Of a DNA stretch of 51,480 nt, positions 18,879 through 27,530 are shown piece after piece. The position numbers were made by a program, and so were the translations under genes. The stretch lies in assembly GCA_963646605.1 (NCBI GenBank), contig CAVIWQ010000002.1, positions 1 to 51,480 on the forward strand, given 5' to 3'. The notes beneath the pieces were generated by a model. The model was not told the origin of the DNA. It saw nothing but the letters and a program-made list of their open reading frames with translations, and searched no databases. Origin of the DNA: Bacteroidaceae bacterium (lineage in GTDB: Bacteria; Pseudomonadota; Alphaproteobacteria; RF32; CAG-239). The stretch's first letter is position 1. Each line of letters begins with the position of its first letter.

Positions 18879-20006
18879 CTATTTACGCTCCTTTGCTGTT
18901 TCTTCAAATAATTGTTTCCATTGCGCAATAATGTTTTCCGGCGCATATTTCTTTGTGTCTTCTATGGCATTGCGCCCATACTCTATGCGCAGATTTTTAT
19001 TTTTCATAAGCAAAGCCAGTTTTTGGGCAAAATCATCCAGATCTGCTGCCAATAATCCATTATGTCCATCTATAATCAATTCGTTTACAGAGGGGGAGGA
19101 CACAAACCCGAGAGTAGGCAAACCTGCAGCTTGCCCATCGGCGATAGTTAGTGCAAAACCTTCGTGCGCGCTGGGAAAAGCGTGAATATCAGCGCCTTGA
19201 TAGATTTCAAGCACATTGTTGCTGTATCCGCAAATTGAAACTCTGTTTTCAATATGATATTTTTTTGCAATATCCAAAATTTCTGCTTCATATTGCGGGT
19301 ATTTGCGCAAACCCCAAATGTCAACGCTCCAATCCGGAAAATCCTGTGCAATTTTACCGAAAGCTTCAACCAGAAGGTGCGGGCGCTTTACATTCTTTTC
19401 CACACGGGCGATATAAACGATTTTTTTCTTCTCTATATTCAAATCTGCATATTGAGAAGGCTGCAGCTGCCCAACCATATTGGCAATGCTGACAACTTTT
19501 TTAGGAGCAAAAGCCGAATCAATTGTTTGAATATAAGAATTGAGCAAAACCTGAAAGACACTGACTTTTGAAAAAGCAGGAAAACGCATTAAGCGATTGT
19601 ACCATCCTTTTTTATACTTATTCAGCAAAGCCGGAGGGTAACCGTGCATCATCAGAATAATCGGAATATTATGGTTCTGAAAAGTTGTTACATTAAATAA
19701 ATCTACTGGAAAATAACAGATAATAATATCGGGCTTTTCCTTATTGATTATATTCTTGTAGCGAAAAAACGGCGGAAAGATTTTGCAACGAATGCGGTGG
19801 TAAAAATTTTTCAGCCAGCAGTCGGTTTTTCCGCTTAAATTAATAAGTTTGACTTTTGAGTCAAATTCCAATCCGCTTCCCACTTTTTTATAAGTGTCAC
19901 AAACAACGCTTATTTCGTATTCAGGGGTTTGAGCAAGCGCGTTGATAAACTGAACCAGCCACTTGGTGTTCAGCACATTGCGGTTGCGAATAAACATAAG
20001 TTTCAT
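18879..20006 (-). CDS. glycosyltransferase family 4 (GT-B)
   Basis: C-terminal GT-B core FPSAHEGFALTIADGQAAGLPTLGF. It ends 3 nt from the GT2 start. Confidence 0.8.
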   Translation of the reverse strand: MKLMFIRNRNVLNTKWLVQFINALAQTPEYEISVVCDTYKKVGSGLEFDSKVKLINLSGKTDCWLKNFYHRIRCKIFPPFFRYKNIINKEKPDIIICYFPVDLFNVTTFQNHNIPIILMMHGYPPALLNKYKKGWYNRLMRFPAFSKVSVFQVLLNSYIQTIDSAFAPKKVVSIANMVGQLQPSQYADLNIEKKKIVYIARVEKNVKRPHLLVEAFGKIAQDFPDWSVDIWGLRKYPQYEAEILDIAKKYHIENRVSICGYSNNVLEIYQGADIHAFPSAHEGFALTIADGQAAGLPTLGFVSSPSVNELIIDGHNGLLAADLDDFAQKLALLMKNKNLRIEYGRNAIEDTKKYAPENIIAQWKQLFEETAKERK

Positions 20007-20100
20007 AGTCTATTTCCAATAAAATTGATATAGAGCATATTAGACAGCGTTCGGCGGGCTGTCAATACCGGTTTGCAGTTGATAACAATCAGTTTAAATT

Positions 20101-20137
20101 AAAAAAAATCTTCCGGTTTGAAACGCCGGAAGATTTT
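20101..20137 (-). terminator. terminator after fadL
   Basis: AAAATCTTCCGG-N8-CCGGAAGATTTT. Confidence 0.6.
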
Positions 20138-20155
20138 AGAGCGACAAAGCCGATT

Positions 20156-21415
20156 TTAGAAATTATAATTAATGGAACCGGCCAAAATATTAACTTTGTT
20201 TGAGTAGTCGGCAGAAAAAGCTCCGCGGCTGCTGTCTCCGTAATGATCGCCGCGCAGATTTACTTTTGCTTTATTAGCAATAATGTGGGTATAACCGACA
20301 TTAAAAGTCAACTTTTCATTATATTTATATTCAAGTCCGGCCGAATACCAATAACGGTTTGAGTCTGGAATACGCGGTGTGCGGTACTCATCGCCGACAG
20401 CGCTCTTTTCATAAGCAAAGCCAAGACGCAGTTTCCACTGAGAATCAAGCTGTTTGCTGGCACCAATGGCATAAAAATCTGTATCTTTCCAGCGTTCGGC
20501 TGTGTAACTCATTTGTCCGCTTTTTGCACCTTCAATAATAAGGTTTTTGAAGCTGGACCAATAAACGCGGCTGTATTCGGCCATAACCGCCCAATCTTTA
20601 TTGATGTCGTGATATGCGCCGATTGTCAATGAAGCCGGCGTTGTCAAACGGGCTGATACATCTTGATTCATTCCCATAGAGGACAAAAGACCGTCAAATT
20701 TGATATCGCCTTGTAGTTTGTGGCGGATTTGGCTGCGGTAGCCCACGCCAAAACGAGTGTTATCGCTCATATTGTACATACCGCCCAATTGATAGCCGAT
20801 GTCAACAGTTTCGCCGTTTATGGTGCTTTTATCTTCAATTAAGCCCAGCTGCGGGTGATAGCCGGCGGCAACGCCGTTGCGTAAAGTGGCGCGGATATAT
20901 TGAATTTGCAAACCTGCGCCGAGTGAAAATTTATCATTTATTTTATAGGCGGCCATTGGAGTGACTGTTGCAGTGATGATTTTTGATAATGTGCCGTGAA
21001 AACGTCCTGCCCAGTCATCACTGTATTTTGTAATCATTCCATAAGGGGTGTTCAAAGAAACGGCAGCAGTCCACTTTTCGTTGATTTGATGTGAAATGTA
21101 AGCGTTTGGAGAGGCTGCAGGATGAACAATGTTGCCCATATAGCCGTTGCTGTCGCCATAACTGTTAGTTGCTTTGCGTGCGGTTGAATTCGGAGAAATC
21201 CATGTTCCGCCGATTTGAATGTTGGTTCCAGAATGTCTGGTCAAACCGGCCGGATTGAAATAAGAATAAGAAATATCTTCAGCTCCGGCAGTTGCACCGG
21301 CATAGGCGTTGCCTTGCGCGGCAGCAGACTGTTCTTTCAAATAAAATCCCGATGCGTTGGCATCAGAACAAGCTAAAACCGCTCCGAGAGCAGTCAAAGT
21401 TAAAAGTTTTTTCAT
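20156..21415 (-). CDS. fadL: OmpP1/FadL/TodX-family outer-membrane hydrophobic-compound channel
   Basis: Signal peptide, the N-terminal hatch segment GFYLKEQSAAAQGNAYAG, 419 aa, and a C-terminal ...SINYNF. Confidence 0.85.
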   Translation of the reverse strand: MKKLLTLTALGAVLACSDANASGFYLKEQSAAAQGNAYAGATAGAEDISYSYFNPAGLTRHSGTNIQIGGTWISPNSTARKATNSYGDSNGYMGNIVHPAASPNAYISHQINEKWTAAVSLNTPYGMITKYSDDWAGRFHGTLSKIITATVTPMAAYKINDKFSLGAGLQIQYIRATLRNGVAAGYHPQLGLIEDKSTINGETVDIGYQLGGMYNMSDNTRFGVGYRSQIRHKLQGDIKFDGLLSSMGMNQDVSARLTTPASLTIGAYHDINKDWAVMAEYSRVYWSSFKNLIIEGAKSGQMSYTAERWKDTDFYAIGASKQLDSQWKLRLGFAYEKSAVGDEYRTPRIPDSNRYWYSAGLEYKYNEKLTFNVGYTHIIANKAKVNLRGDHYGDSSRGAFSADYSNKVNILAGSINYNF

Positions 21416-21678
21416 TGTAAATTTCAGTTTAATTTAGTTAGAACAAAGTAACATTTGTGCAGCGGCGGCTTAGGAGTTTGTATTATTATTGTTTATATTT
21501 AAACCGATATCCGTTGCAACAATCTGAAATAAAATGTTACGCAAACACCTTTATACAAATTATAAATAAAAATCAAGCATAAAATTTATCCCCCTCAAAA
21601 GATGAATAAAATATTTGTAAAAACAGGTCGTTATGCTAATATTTTAATGAATTGTTAATTTTTTCTTTACAATTGCCG

Positions 21679-23895
21679 ATGTCACGGGGTAGAGTAAGAA
21701 ACATCTATAACTGGGAGACTAATAATTTGCGAAATTTTATCAGGTTCTGTCTGCGAACCATATTCTATGTTTTCAAAGTCAGATGCACAATTGAATTTGA
21801 CGAAAGCCAAACTCCTAAAAAAGGTGTTTATGTTTCCAACCACGTTTCTTATTTGGATCCGATTATCCTGTTTGCTTTTTTGCCGGGGGATCCCGTATTT
21901 GCATTAAACGGACACCTTTACCGCAATAAGCTGATACGCTTTTTGATGCGTACAGCTGATGTTATGCCTTTTAACCCGATTGAACCGGGGGATATTAAAG
22001 AGTTGATAACCAAAGTGGACAGCGGCCGTCTATGTGTTATTTTTGCTGAAGGGCGGATTACCGAAAACGGCGGTTTAATGAAAATTTACGAAGCTCCGGG
22101 ATTGGTTGCGGATAAGTCCAAAGCCCCTATTATTCCCGTGTGGCTGGATGGTCCGCAATATGGTTATTTTTCAAAAACCAAAGGGCGTTTGCCGCATCGT
22201 CCGCTGCCAAAAGTCAAAGTTATTGTCGGTAAACCCAGAGCTTTCAAATTAAAAGATGAGCTGCGCCGCCAGCGCGACCACATCAGCAATGAAGTTTATA
22301 TGATTTTGCGCGAAATGAGTTTTGAGGTTAATTATAATCCTGATATTTCGCTGTTTGCCATGTTGATGAAAGCAGCAAAAGTTCATGCCAAAAAAGGATT
22401 GTTTCGCCGTCCGAAATTTGTGGAAGATGTTAAACGCGAGCCGAACAGCTATCGTGACATTATTATCAAATCTTTTGTTTTGGGAAAATATTTCAAACGC
22501 CGTACGACTCCTGAAGAACATGTCGGCTTGCTCTTGCCGAATTCAATAGCAGCCGTTTGCACATTTTTCGGGCTTACAGCGTATAGCCGTATTCCCGTAA
22601 TGCTTAACTTTTCAGTCGGCGCACAGAATATGCTTTCAATGTGCCGCACGGCTGAAGTTAAAATTGTCGTTACTTCTTTGATGTTTGTAAAAATGGCTAA
22701 ACTTGAAGATGTGGTTGAAGCCATGGGAAAAAACGGCGTTAAAGTTTATTATTTGGAAAAAATGGCCAAAGAAATAGGCTTGTGGGAAAAAATTAATGCT
22801 TATTTGCGTTATAAAATTAAACGTGTTCCGCACAAGCGCGGCGGTAACCGAAAAGCCGTTATTTTGTTTACTTCCGGTTCAGAAGGTGCTCCGAAAGCCG
22901 TGGTTTTGAGCCATGCCAATATTGTGTCCAATATTAAGCAGATGTCGGCTATTGAAACCATAAACATTACGGATACGGTATTTAATGCTTTGCCGATGTT
23001 TCATAGTTTTGGCTTGGTTGTAGGAACTTTGTTCCCGATTTTTGAAGGGGCTAAGCTATTTTTATATCCGTCGCCGCTGCATTATCGTGTTGTAGCAGAA
23101 ATTGTTTATGAAATCGGTGCAACAATTATGTTCGGTACTGATACGTTTTTCCGCGGCTATGGACGTATTGCCCATCCGTTTGATTTTCACAATGTACGCT
23201 TTATGTTCGGCGGTGCGGAAGCTGTTAAACCCGATACACGTAATATGTGGATGGAGCGTTCAGGTATCCGCGTTATGGAAGCTTACGGTTCAACAGAATG
23301 TTCTCCTGTTGTCAGTGCAAACAACCGTATTTTTAACCGTTTTGGTTCCATCGGTAAAATTTTGCCGGCAATCGAATATAAAATCGAACCGGTTCCGGGG
23401 ATTGACCGCGGCGGAGAATTGGTAGTCAGAGGACCGAATATTATGTTGGGTTACATTATGCCTGATAATCCAGGGGTTTTAGTCCCGTTACAAGACGGTT
23501 GGTATCATACGGGAGACGTTGTAGATATTGATGAAATTGGTTTTGTTTATATTAAAGATCGTATTAAACGCTTTGCCAAAATCGGCGGTGAAATGGTATC
23601 TTTGAATGCGGTTAACGAAATGGTTTGCAAGGCTTATGCTGCTGATAACGAGTGCCAATACGGCGTTGTTGCCACTCCGCATGAAAGCAAAGGCGAGCAA
23701 ATTGTTTTGGTTACAAATAATCCGAACGTTACGCAAGATGGTTTGCACGCCTATATAAAACAAAACGGAATGTCTGAATTGTATTTGCCGCGGATTATCT
23801 TGAAAATGGATAAACTTCCGGTGTTTGCAACCGGTAAAATGGATAATGTTACTTTGAAAAAAATGGTTCTTGAAGAACTGGAACAGCAGCATTAG
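21679..23895 (+). CDS. aas: bifunctional 2-acylglycerophosphoethanolamine acyltransferase / acyl-ACP synthetase
   Basis: PlsC-type acyltransferase (NHVSYLDP = HX4D; FAEGRIT) fused to an AMP-binding domain (LFTSGSEGAPKAVVLSH, YHTGD, GGEMVS). ATG 21679 is preferred over the TTG at 21652. Confidence 0.85.
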   Translation: MSRGRVRNIYNWETNNLRNFIRFCLRTIFYVFKVRCTIEFDESQTPKKGVYVSNHVSYLDPIILFAFLPGDPVFALNGHLYRNKLIRFLMRTADVMPFNPIEPGDIKELITKVDSGRLCVIFAEGRITENGGLMKIYEAPGLVADKSKAPIIPVWLDGPQYGYFSKTKGRLPHRPLPKVKVIVGKPRAFKLKDELRRQRDHISNEVYMILREMSFEVNYNPDISLFAMLMKAAKVHAKKGLFRRPKFVEDVKREPNSYRDIIIKSFVLGKYFKRRTTPEEHVGLLLPNSIAAVCTFFGLTAYSRIPVMLNFSVGAQNMLSMCRTAEVKIVVTSLMFVKMAKLEDVVEAMGKNGVKVYYLEKMAKEIGLWEKINAYLRYKIKRVPHKRGGNRKAVILFTSGSEGAPKAVVLSHANIVSNIKQMSAIETINITDTVFNALPMFHSFGLVVGTLFPIFEGAKLFLYPSPLHYRVVAEIVYEIGATIMFGTDTFFRGYGRIAHPFDFHNVRFMFGGAEAVKPDTRNMWMERSGIRVMEAYGSTECSPVVSANNRIFNRFGSIGKILPAIEYKIEPVPGIDRGGELVVRGPNIMLGYIMPDNPGVLVPLQDGWYHTGDVVDIDEIGFVYIKDRIKRFAKIGGEMVSLNAVNEMVCKAYAADNECQYGVVATPHESKGEQIVLVTNNPNVTQDGLHAYIKQNGMSELYLPRIILKMDKLPVFATGKMDNVTLKKMVLEELEQQH

Positions 23896-23903
23896 TTCAG
23901 TTT

Positions 23904-23939
23904 TAAGGGCGGAAAGAAAGTTTTCCGCCCTTAATTTTT
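23904..23939 (+). terminator. terminator after aas
   Basis: TAAGGGCGGAAA-N6-TTTCCGCCCTTA followed by a T-run. Confidence 0.6.
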
Positions 23940-24005
23940 GCTGTAATGTTTTTTGCTTGCCTTTTTAATAAAAATATTTAATCTGTGAGCAAAAAGGAGA
24001 TTAAA

Positions 24006-24647
24006 ATGAAAAAAATACTGACGATTACTTTATTGGCAAGCATGTTGTCGGCTTGCGCGACAGATCCCTATACCGGTGAAAGCAAAGTTTCAAAAACCGC
24101 ATGGGGAACTGGTATCGGTACAGCTTTGGGCGCTGGTATCGGTGCTTTGGCCGGAGGCAGTAAAGGTGCTTTAATTGGCGCCGGAATCGGTGCTGTCGGA
24201 GGTGCCGCAACCGGTGGATATATGGATTTGCAGGCGCGTGAGCTGCGTCAGCAATTGACAGGTACTGGTGTTCAGGTTCAAACTTTGGAAAATGGACAAA
24301 TTTTATTGATTATGCCGGGGAATATTACATTTGCGACAGATTCAGCTGTTTTTCAAACAGGATTTAACTCTATTCTTGATTCTGTGGCAAAAGTTTTGGC
24401 CAAGTATGACAAGACTGCTCTCTACGTAACAGGTTATACTGATAACACCGGATCTGATTCGCACAATAATCAATTGTCGCAAAACCGTGCTTCGGCTGTG
24501 GCAAACTATTTGGCTTTGCGCGGTGTGAACAGTTCGCGTATGGTGGTCAGAGGCTTAGGAAAGGCCAATCCTATTGCTTCGAATTCTACCGCAGCAGGCA
24601 GAGCGCAAAACCGCCGTGTTGAACTCAGCATTCAGCAGTTAAACTAA
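24006..24647 (+). CDS. OmpA-family lipoprotein with glycine zipper
   Basis: AGGAG RBS before ATG 24006, lipobox LLASMLSAC, Gly zipper GTGIGTALGAGIGALAGG, and an OmpA-C domain (TGYTDNTGSDSHNNQLSQNRA...NRRVEL). Confidence 0.8.
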   Translation: MKKILTITLLASMLSACATDPYTGESKVSKTAWGTGIGTALGAGIGALAGGSKGALIGAGIGAVGGAATGGYMDLQARELRQQLTGTGVQVQTLENGQILLIMPGNITFATDSAVFQTGFNSILDSVAKVLAKYDKTALYVTGYTDNTGSDSHNNQLSQNRASAVANYLALRGVNSSRMVVRGLGKANPIASNSTAAGRAQNRRVELSIQQLN

Positions 24648-24670
24648 AGTTCAGTTTAATGTTTTGTGTC

Positions 24671-24700
24671 AAAAGCCCGAAATGTGTTTTCGGGCTTTTT
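24671..24700 (+). terminator. terminator after the OmpA lipoprotein gene
   Basis: AAAAGCCCGAAA-N6-TTTCGGGCTTTTT. Confidence 0.6.
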
Positions 24701-24773
24701 CATATTTTATCTATCTTGAAACGCCGAAAAATATGCTCATATCTTTTTTATCATTTAATAAGATGGAGAAAAT

Positions 24774-25094
24774 ATGATGAAAAAAGTTGCTTCTTTAATT
24801 ATGTTTATATTTTTGGCAATGGTCGGGTATTATATCGGCGAGGCTGTGGCTCAAAACAACACAGCTGAACCGGCAGCAAAGCAAACACAAAATCAAATCG
24901 GTGATAATGTCGGCGGTGTTTTAGTAATGGAAGAATATGACGCTGTTGCGGTTCCAGTTTCAGCAAAAGATACCAAAACTGCGGTTGGCAGCCAAACAGA
25001 TAATAAAGCAAACCAACTGAAACAGCTCAATCAAAATAATGCCGCTGCTGAAGTGATTGAAGAAAGCGTTAGTGAAACTGAAACAGCCGATTAA
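24774..25094 (+). CDS. small exported/anchored hypothetical protein (106 aa)
   Basis: GGAG RBS, N-terminal hydrophobic segment VASLIMFIFLAMVGYYIG, then a polar Ala/Gln/Asn/Glu-rich tail. Confidence 0.5.
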   Translation: MMKKVASLIMFIFLAMVGYYIGEAVAQNNTAEPAAKQTQNQIGDNVGGVLVMEEYDAVAVPVSAKDTKTAVGSQTDNKANQLKQLNQNNAAAEVIEESVSETETAD

Positions 25095-25117
25095 CAATAT
25101 TATTAAGTTCTGACTGG

Positions 25118-25160
25118 TCTTCCGGAAGTTTTAACCCCTCGCTTCCGGAAGATTTTTTTT
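25118..25160. terminator. hairpin terminator built from two copies of the palindrome CTTCCGGAAG
   Basis: TCTTCCGGAAG-N13-CTTCCGGAAGA followed by T8. It lies between convergent genes. Confidence 0.55.
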
Positions 25161-25163
25161 GTT

Positions 25164-25715
25164 TCAGAATGTATAGCGAACGCCGAATGAATATTCGTTA
25201 ATGTGGTCATAATGATTGATTTTATCGGTATGAATATAGCGGAAAATTGCACGGGCGGCCCATTGCTCGCTGATGTTATATTGCATTCCCGCGCCAAAAC
25301 GGTATCCCCAACCGTGATCATTGTTGTGAGAAGCGTCAATATATTTTTGTTTAAAAGTATATTGTCCAATGCCCATGGTTGCCAGAGGAGCTATTTTTTT
25401 ATCACATCCTAAAGGCAAATAAGCCAACATATCCAAACCGTAAGCGTTGAAAGAAGAATTTTTTAATTCGCGATGACCAAATTTATCTTTGCCGGCATAT
25501 TGATAAAAAACTTCGGTGCCGAAATACGGATTGTAAACAGAGCCCAAAATAAAACTTGCGGAATTATAATGCGGGCGCAGATTTTTGGCATTTGCGCGGC
25601 TGTAAGCATAGTTTAATCCGATGTAGGGGCGATAGTCGTTTTCTATGGCGGCAGCCGGCGACGCAATGGCGGTTAATATGCTTAAAGCTGCGAGTTTTGT
25701 TGTTAATTTGCGCAT
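25164..25715 (-). CDS. small outer-membrane beta-barrel protein (paralog of 12671..13231)
   Basis: Signal peptide ...ASPAAA, the FNAYGLDMLAYLPLGC block, and a C-terminal FGVRYTF. Confidence 0.75.
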   Translation of the reverse strand: MRKLTTKLAALSILTAIASPAAAIENDYRPYIGLNYAYSRANAKNLRPHYNSASFILGSVYNPYFGTEVFYQYAGKDKFGHRELKNSSFNAYGLDMLAYLPLGCDKKIAPLATMGIGQYTFKQKYIDASHNNDHGWGYRFGAGMQYNISEQWAARAIFRYIHTDKINHYDHINEYSFGVRYTF

Positions 25716-25805
25716 TTTTATTCCTTTCTTTATTCCTTTTTAATATAATCTAAGCTATACTTAAAAAAAGTAAAGTGAAATTTGCTCAGGCAAAAGGAGA
25801 TTATA

Positions 25806-26411
25806 ATGAAAAGACCCATAAGCCAATCCGGATATACTTTGGTGGAATCCATCGCTTTTATTTGTATTATCACAATGGTGGCTATCTCTATTATCAGTGT
25901 GGTCAGCCATATGTTGGACAGATATAAAATCAGCCGTATAACATCACAGGTGGTAGAACTGCAAAGAAATATTTTAAACCGATGTGCAGCAGCGGAATCT
26001 TATTATTCTTGTATAAAAAAATATGGTGCTACATGTGTGAGTGGAATGGGAAAAATGTTATGTTCGGAAAATTTAGTTCCTGGTGATGTTCAGTGTCGAG
26101 GAAATACTCTTTATCATAAATTTAATGAAAATATTGCTTTTAATTCTTATAATGCAAGTGATAGAGGTCTTGCTTTCGGCGATAATTTCAGAATTGATTT
26201 TTTAAAACTTCCTAAAAAAGCTTGTATAGAATTGGCAACTCAAAATTGGGCGCACGACCAATATTCAAATTTAATCAGAATTTTTGTTAATGGTACTGAA
26301 TGTTCGTGGCGGAAAACTTGGACGCCTAATTGTATTATGCCGCTTTCAAATTCTAAAGCTACGCAATTGTGCAATAGTGAAAAAAATTCAATTTATTGGA
26401 ACTTTCAGTAA
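25806..26411 (+). CDS. prepilin-type N-terminal cleavage/methylation domain protein (type IV pilin/pseudopilin-like)
   Basis: AGGAG RBS before ATG 25806. The class III signal is MKRPISQSG|YTLVESIAFICIITMVAISII, with Gly at -1, Glu at +5 and a hydrophobic helix. The ~170-aa head domain carries 10 Cys. Confidence 0.6.
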   Translation: MKRPISQSGYTLVESIAFICIITMVAISIISVVSHMLDRYKISRITSQVVELQRNILNRCAAAESYYSCIKKYGATCVSGMGKMLCSENLVPGDVQCRGNTLYHKFNENIAFNSYNASDRGLAFGDNFRIDFLKLPKKACIELATQNWAHDQYSNLIRIFVNGTECSWRKTWTPNCIMPLSNSKATQLCNSEKNSIYWNFQ

Positions 26412-26523
26412 TTAGAAATAACCTAAACAATAACAAAAAAGACTTTTTGCTTGATTGTAAAGTGAAATTGAATTTATATATGTAACAATTAAAAAGAATA
26501 TAATTTTATTAAGGAGAGCCAAA

Positions 26524-26949
26524 ATGGTAGAAACAGCAGTAATTCTTCCGCCTGATTATAAACCTTCAGCTGATGAAGAATATATGAATGATTTGCAGTT
26601 GGAATATTTTCGCCGCAAGCTTGAAGACTGGAAAAAGTCATTGCTCAGCCAATCGGAAGACACTTTGGAAGATTTGCGTCAGGGCGGTTTGAACCAGCCG
26701 GATGATATTGACCGCGCTTCAATGGAAACAGACAAGGCTCTTGATTTGCGCACCAAAGACCGTGCCCGTAAATTGATTGCAAAAATCAATGAGGCTCTCA
26801 AACGTATTGAAGATGGTGAATATGGTTATTGCGAAGAAACCGGTGAGCCTATCGGTGTTGAACGTTTGGAAGCTCGTCCGGTTGCAACCTTGTGCTTGGA
26901 AGCACAGGAACGCCATGAAAGAATGGAAAAAACTTATAGTGAGGACTAA
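26524..26949 (+). CDS. dksA: RNA polymerase-binding transcription factor DksA
   Basis: Coiled-coil region with DxxDxA-type tip (DDIDRASMETD) and a C-terminal region YGYCEETGEPIGVERLEARPVATLCLEAQ collinear with E. coli DksA. Confidence 0.88.
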   Translation: MVETAVILPPDYKPSADEEYMNDLQLEYFRRKLEDWKKSLLSQSEDTLEDLRQGGLNQPDDIDRASMETDKALDLRTKDRARKLIAKINEALKRIEDGEYGYCEETGEPIGVERLEARPVATLCLEAQERHERMEKTYSED

Positions 26950-26957
26950 CCTCAGTT

Positions 26958-27530
26958 ATGGATAAAAAAGATTTTATATTGGCTTCGGCCTCTCCGCAGC
27001 GGTTTGCTCTATTGGAGCAAATCGGCTGTCCTCCGAAAAAAGTGGCTCCGGCCGATATTGACGAAACAACCCATCCTCATGAAACGCCGACTGAATATGT
27101 TAAACGTATGGCGCTTGAAAAAGCTTTGAAAGTTGCCGAGTTATATCCAAATGAAAATATTTTGGCGGGGGATACTATTGTTGCCGTCGGCCGCCGTGTG
27201 CTGCACAAAGCGCATAGCGATGAGGAACAGACAGAGGTTATGAATTTGCTGTCGGGACGAGCTTGTCGGGTTATTAGTGCGGTTTGTTTAGTCAGCCGTG
27301 ACGGCAAAATTTCAAAACGCTGTGTGGAAACGCGTGTAATTACTAAAAAAATGAGCGCTGACGAAATCAAAGATTATGTAGCTTCGCATGAGTGGGTAGG
27401 CTGTTGCGGTTATAAAATCGAAGGCAGATTTGCCGGTTATGTCAGTAAAATTATCGGGTCATACAGCGGTATTGTCGGTTTGCCTCTGTTCGAAACCCAA
27501 AATATGCTGAAAGGAATAGGTGTAAAATGA
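26958..27530 (+). CDS. maf: Maf-family nucleoside triphosphate pyrophosphatase
   Basis: ILASASPQR N-terminus, ~190 aa with a Maf/YhdE layout. 4-nt overlap with the next gene. Confidence 0.85.
   Translation: MDKKDFILASASPQRFALLEQIGCPPKKVAPADIDETTHPHETPTEYVKRMALEKALKVAELYPNENILAGDTIVAVGRRVLHKAHSDEEQTEVMNLLSGRACRVISAVCLVSRDGKISKRCVETRVITKKMSADEIKDYVASHEWVGCCGYKIEGRFAGYVSKIIGSYSGIVGLPLFETQNMLKGIGVK

Noticed and set aside
21652-21678. TTG-initiated 9-codon extension of aas.
   Set aside because: The in-frame ATG at 21679 is a more conventional start and the extension adds no conserved residues. This is uncertain, since neither start has a strong RBS.
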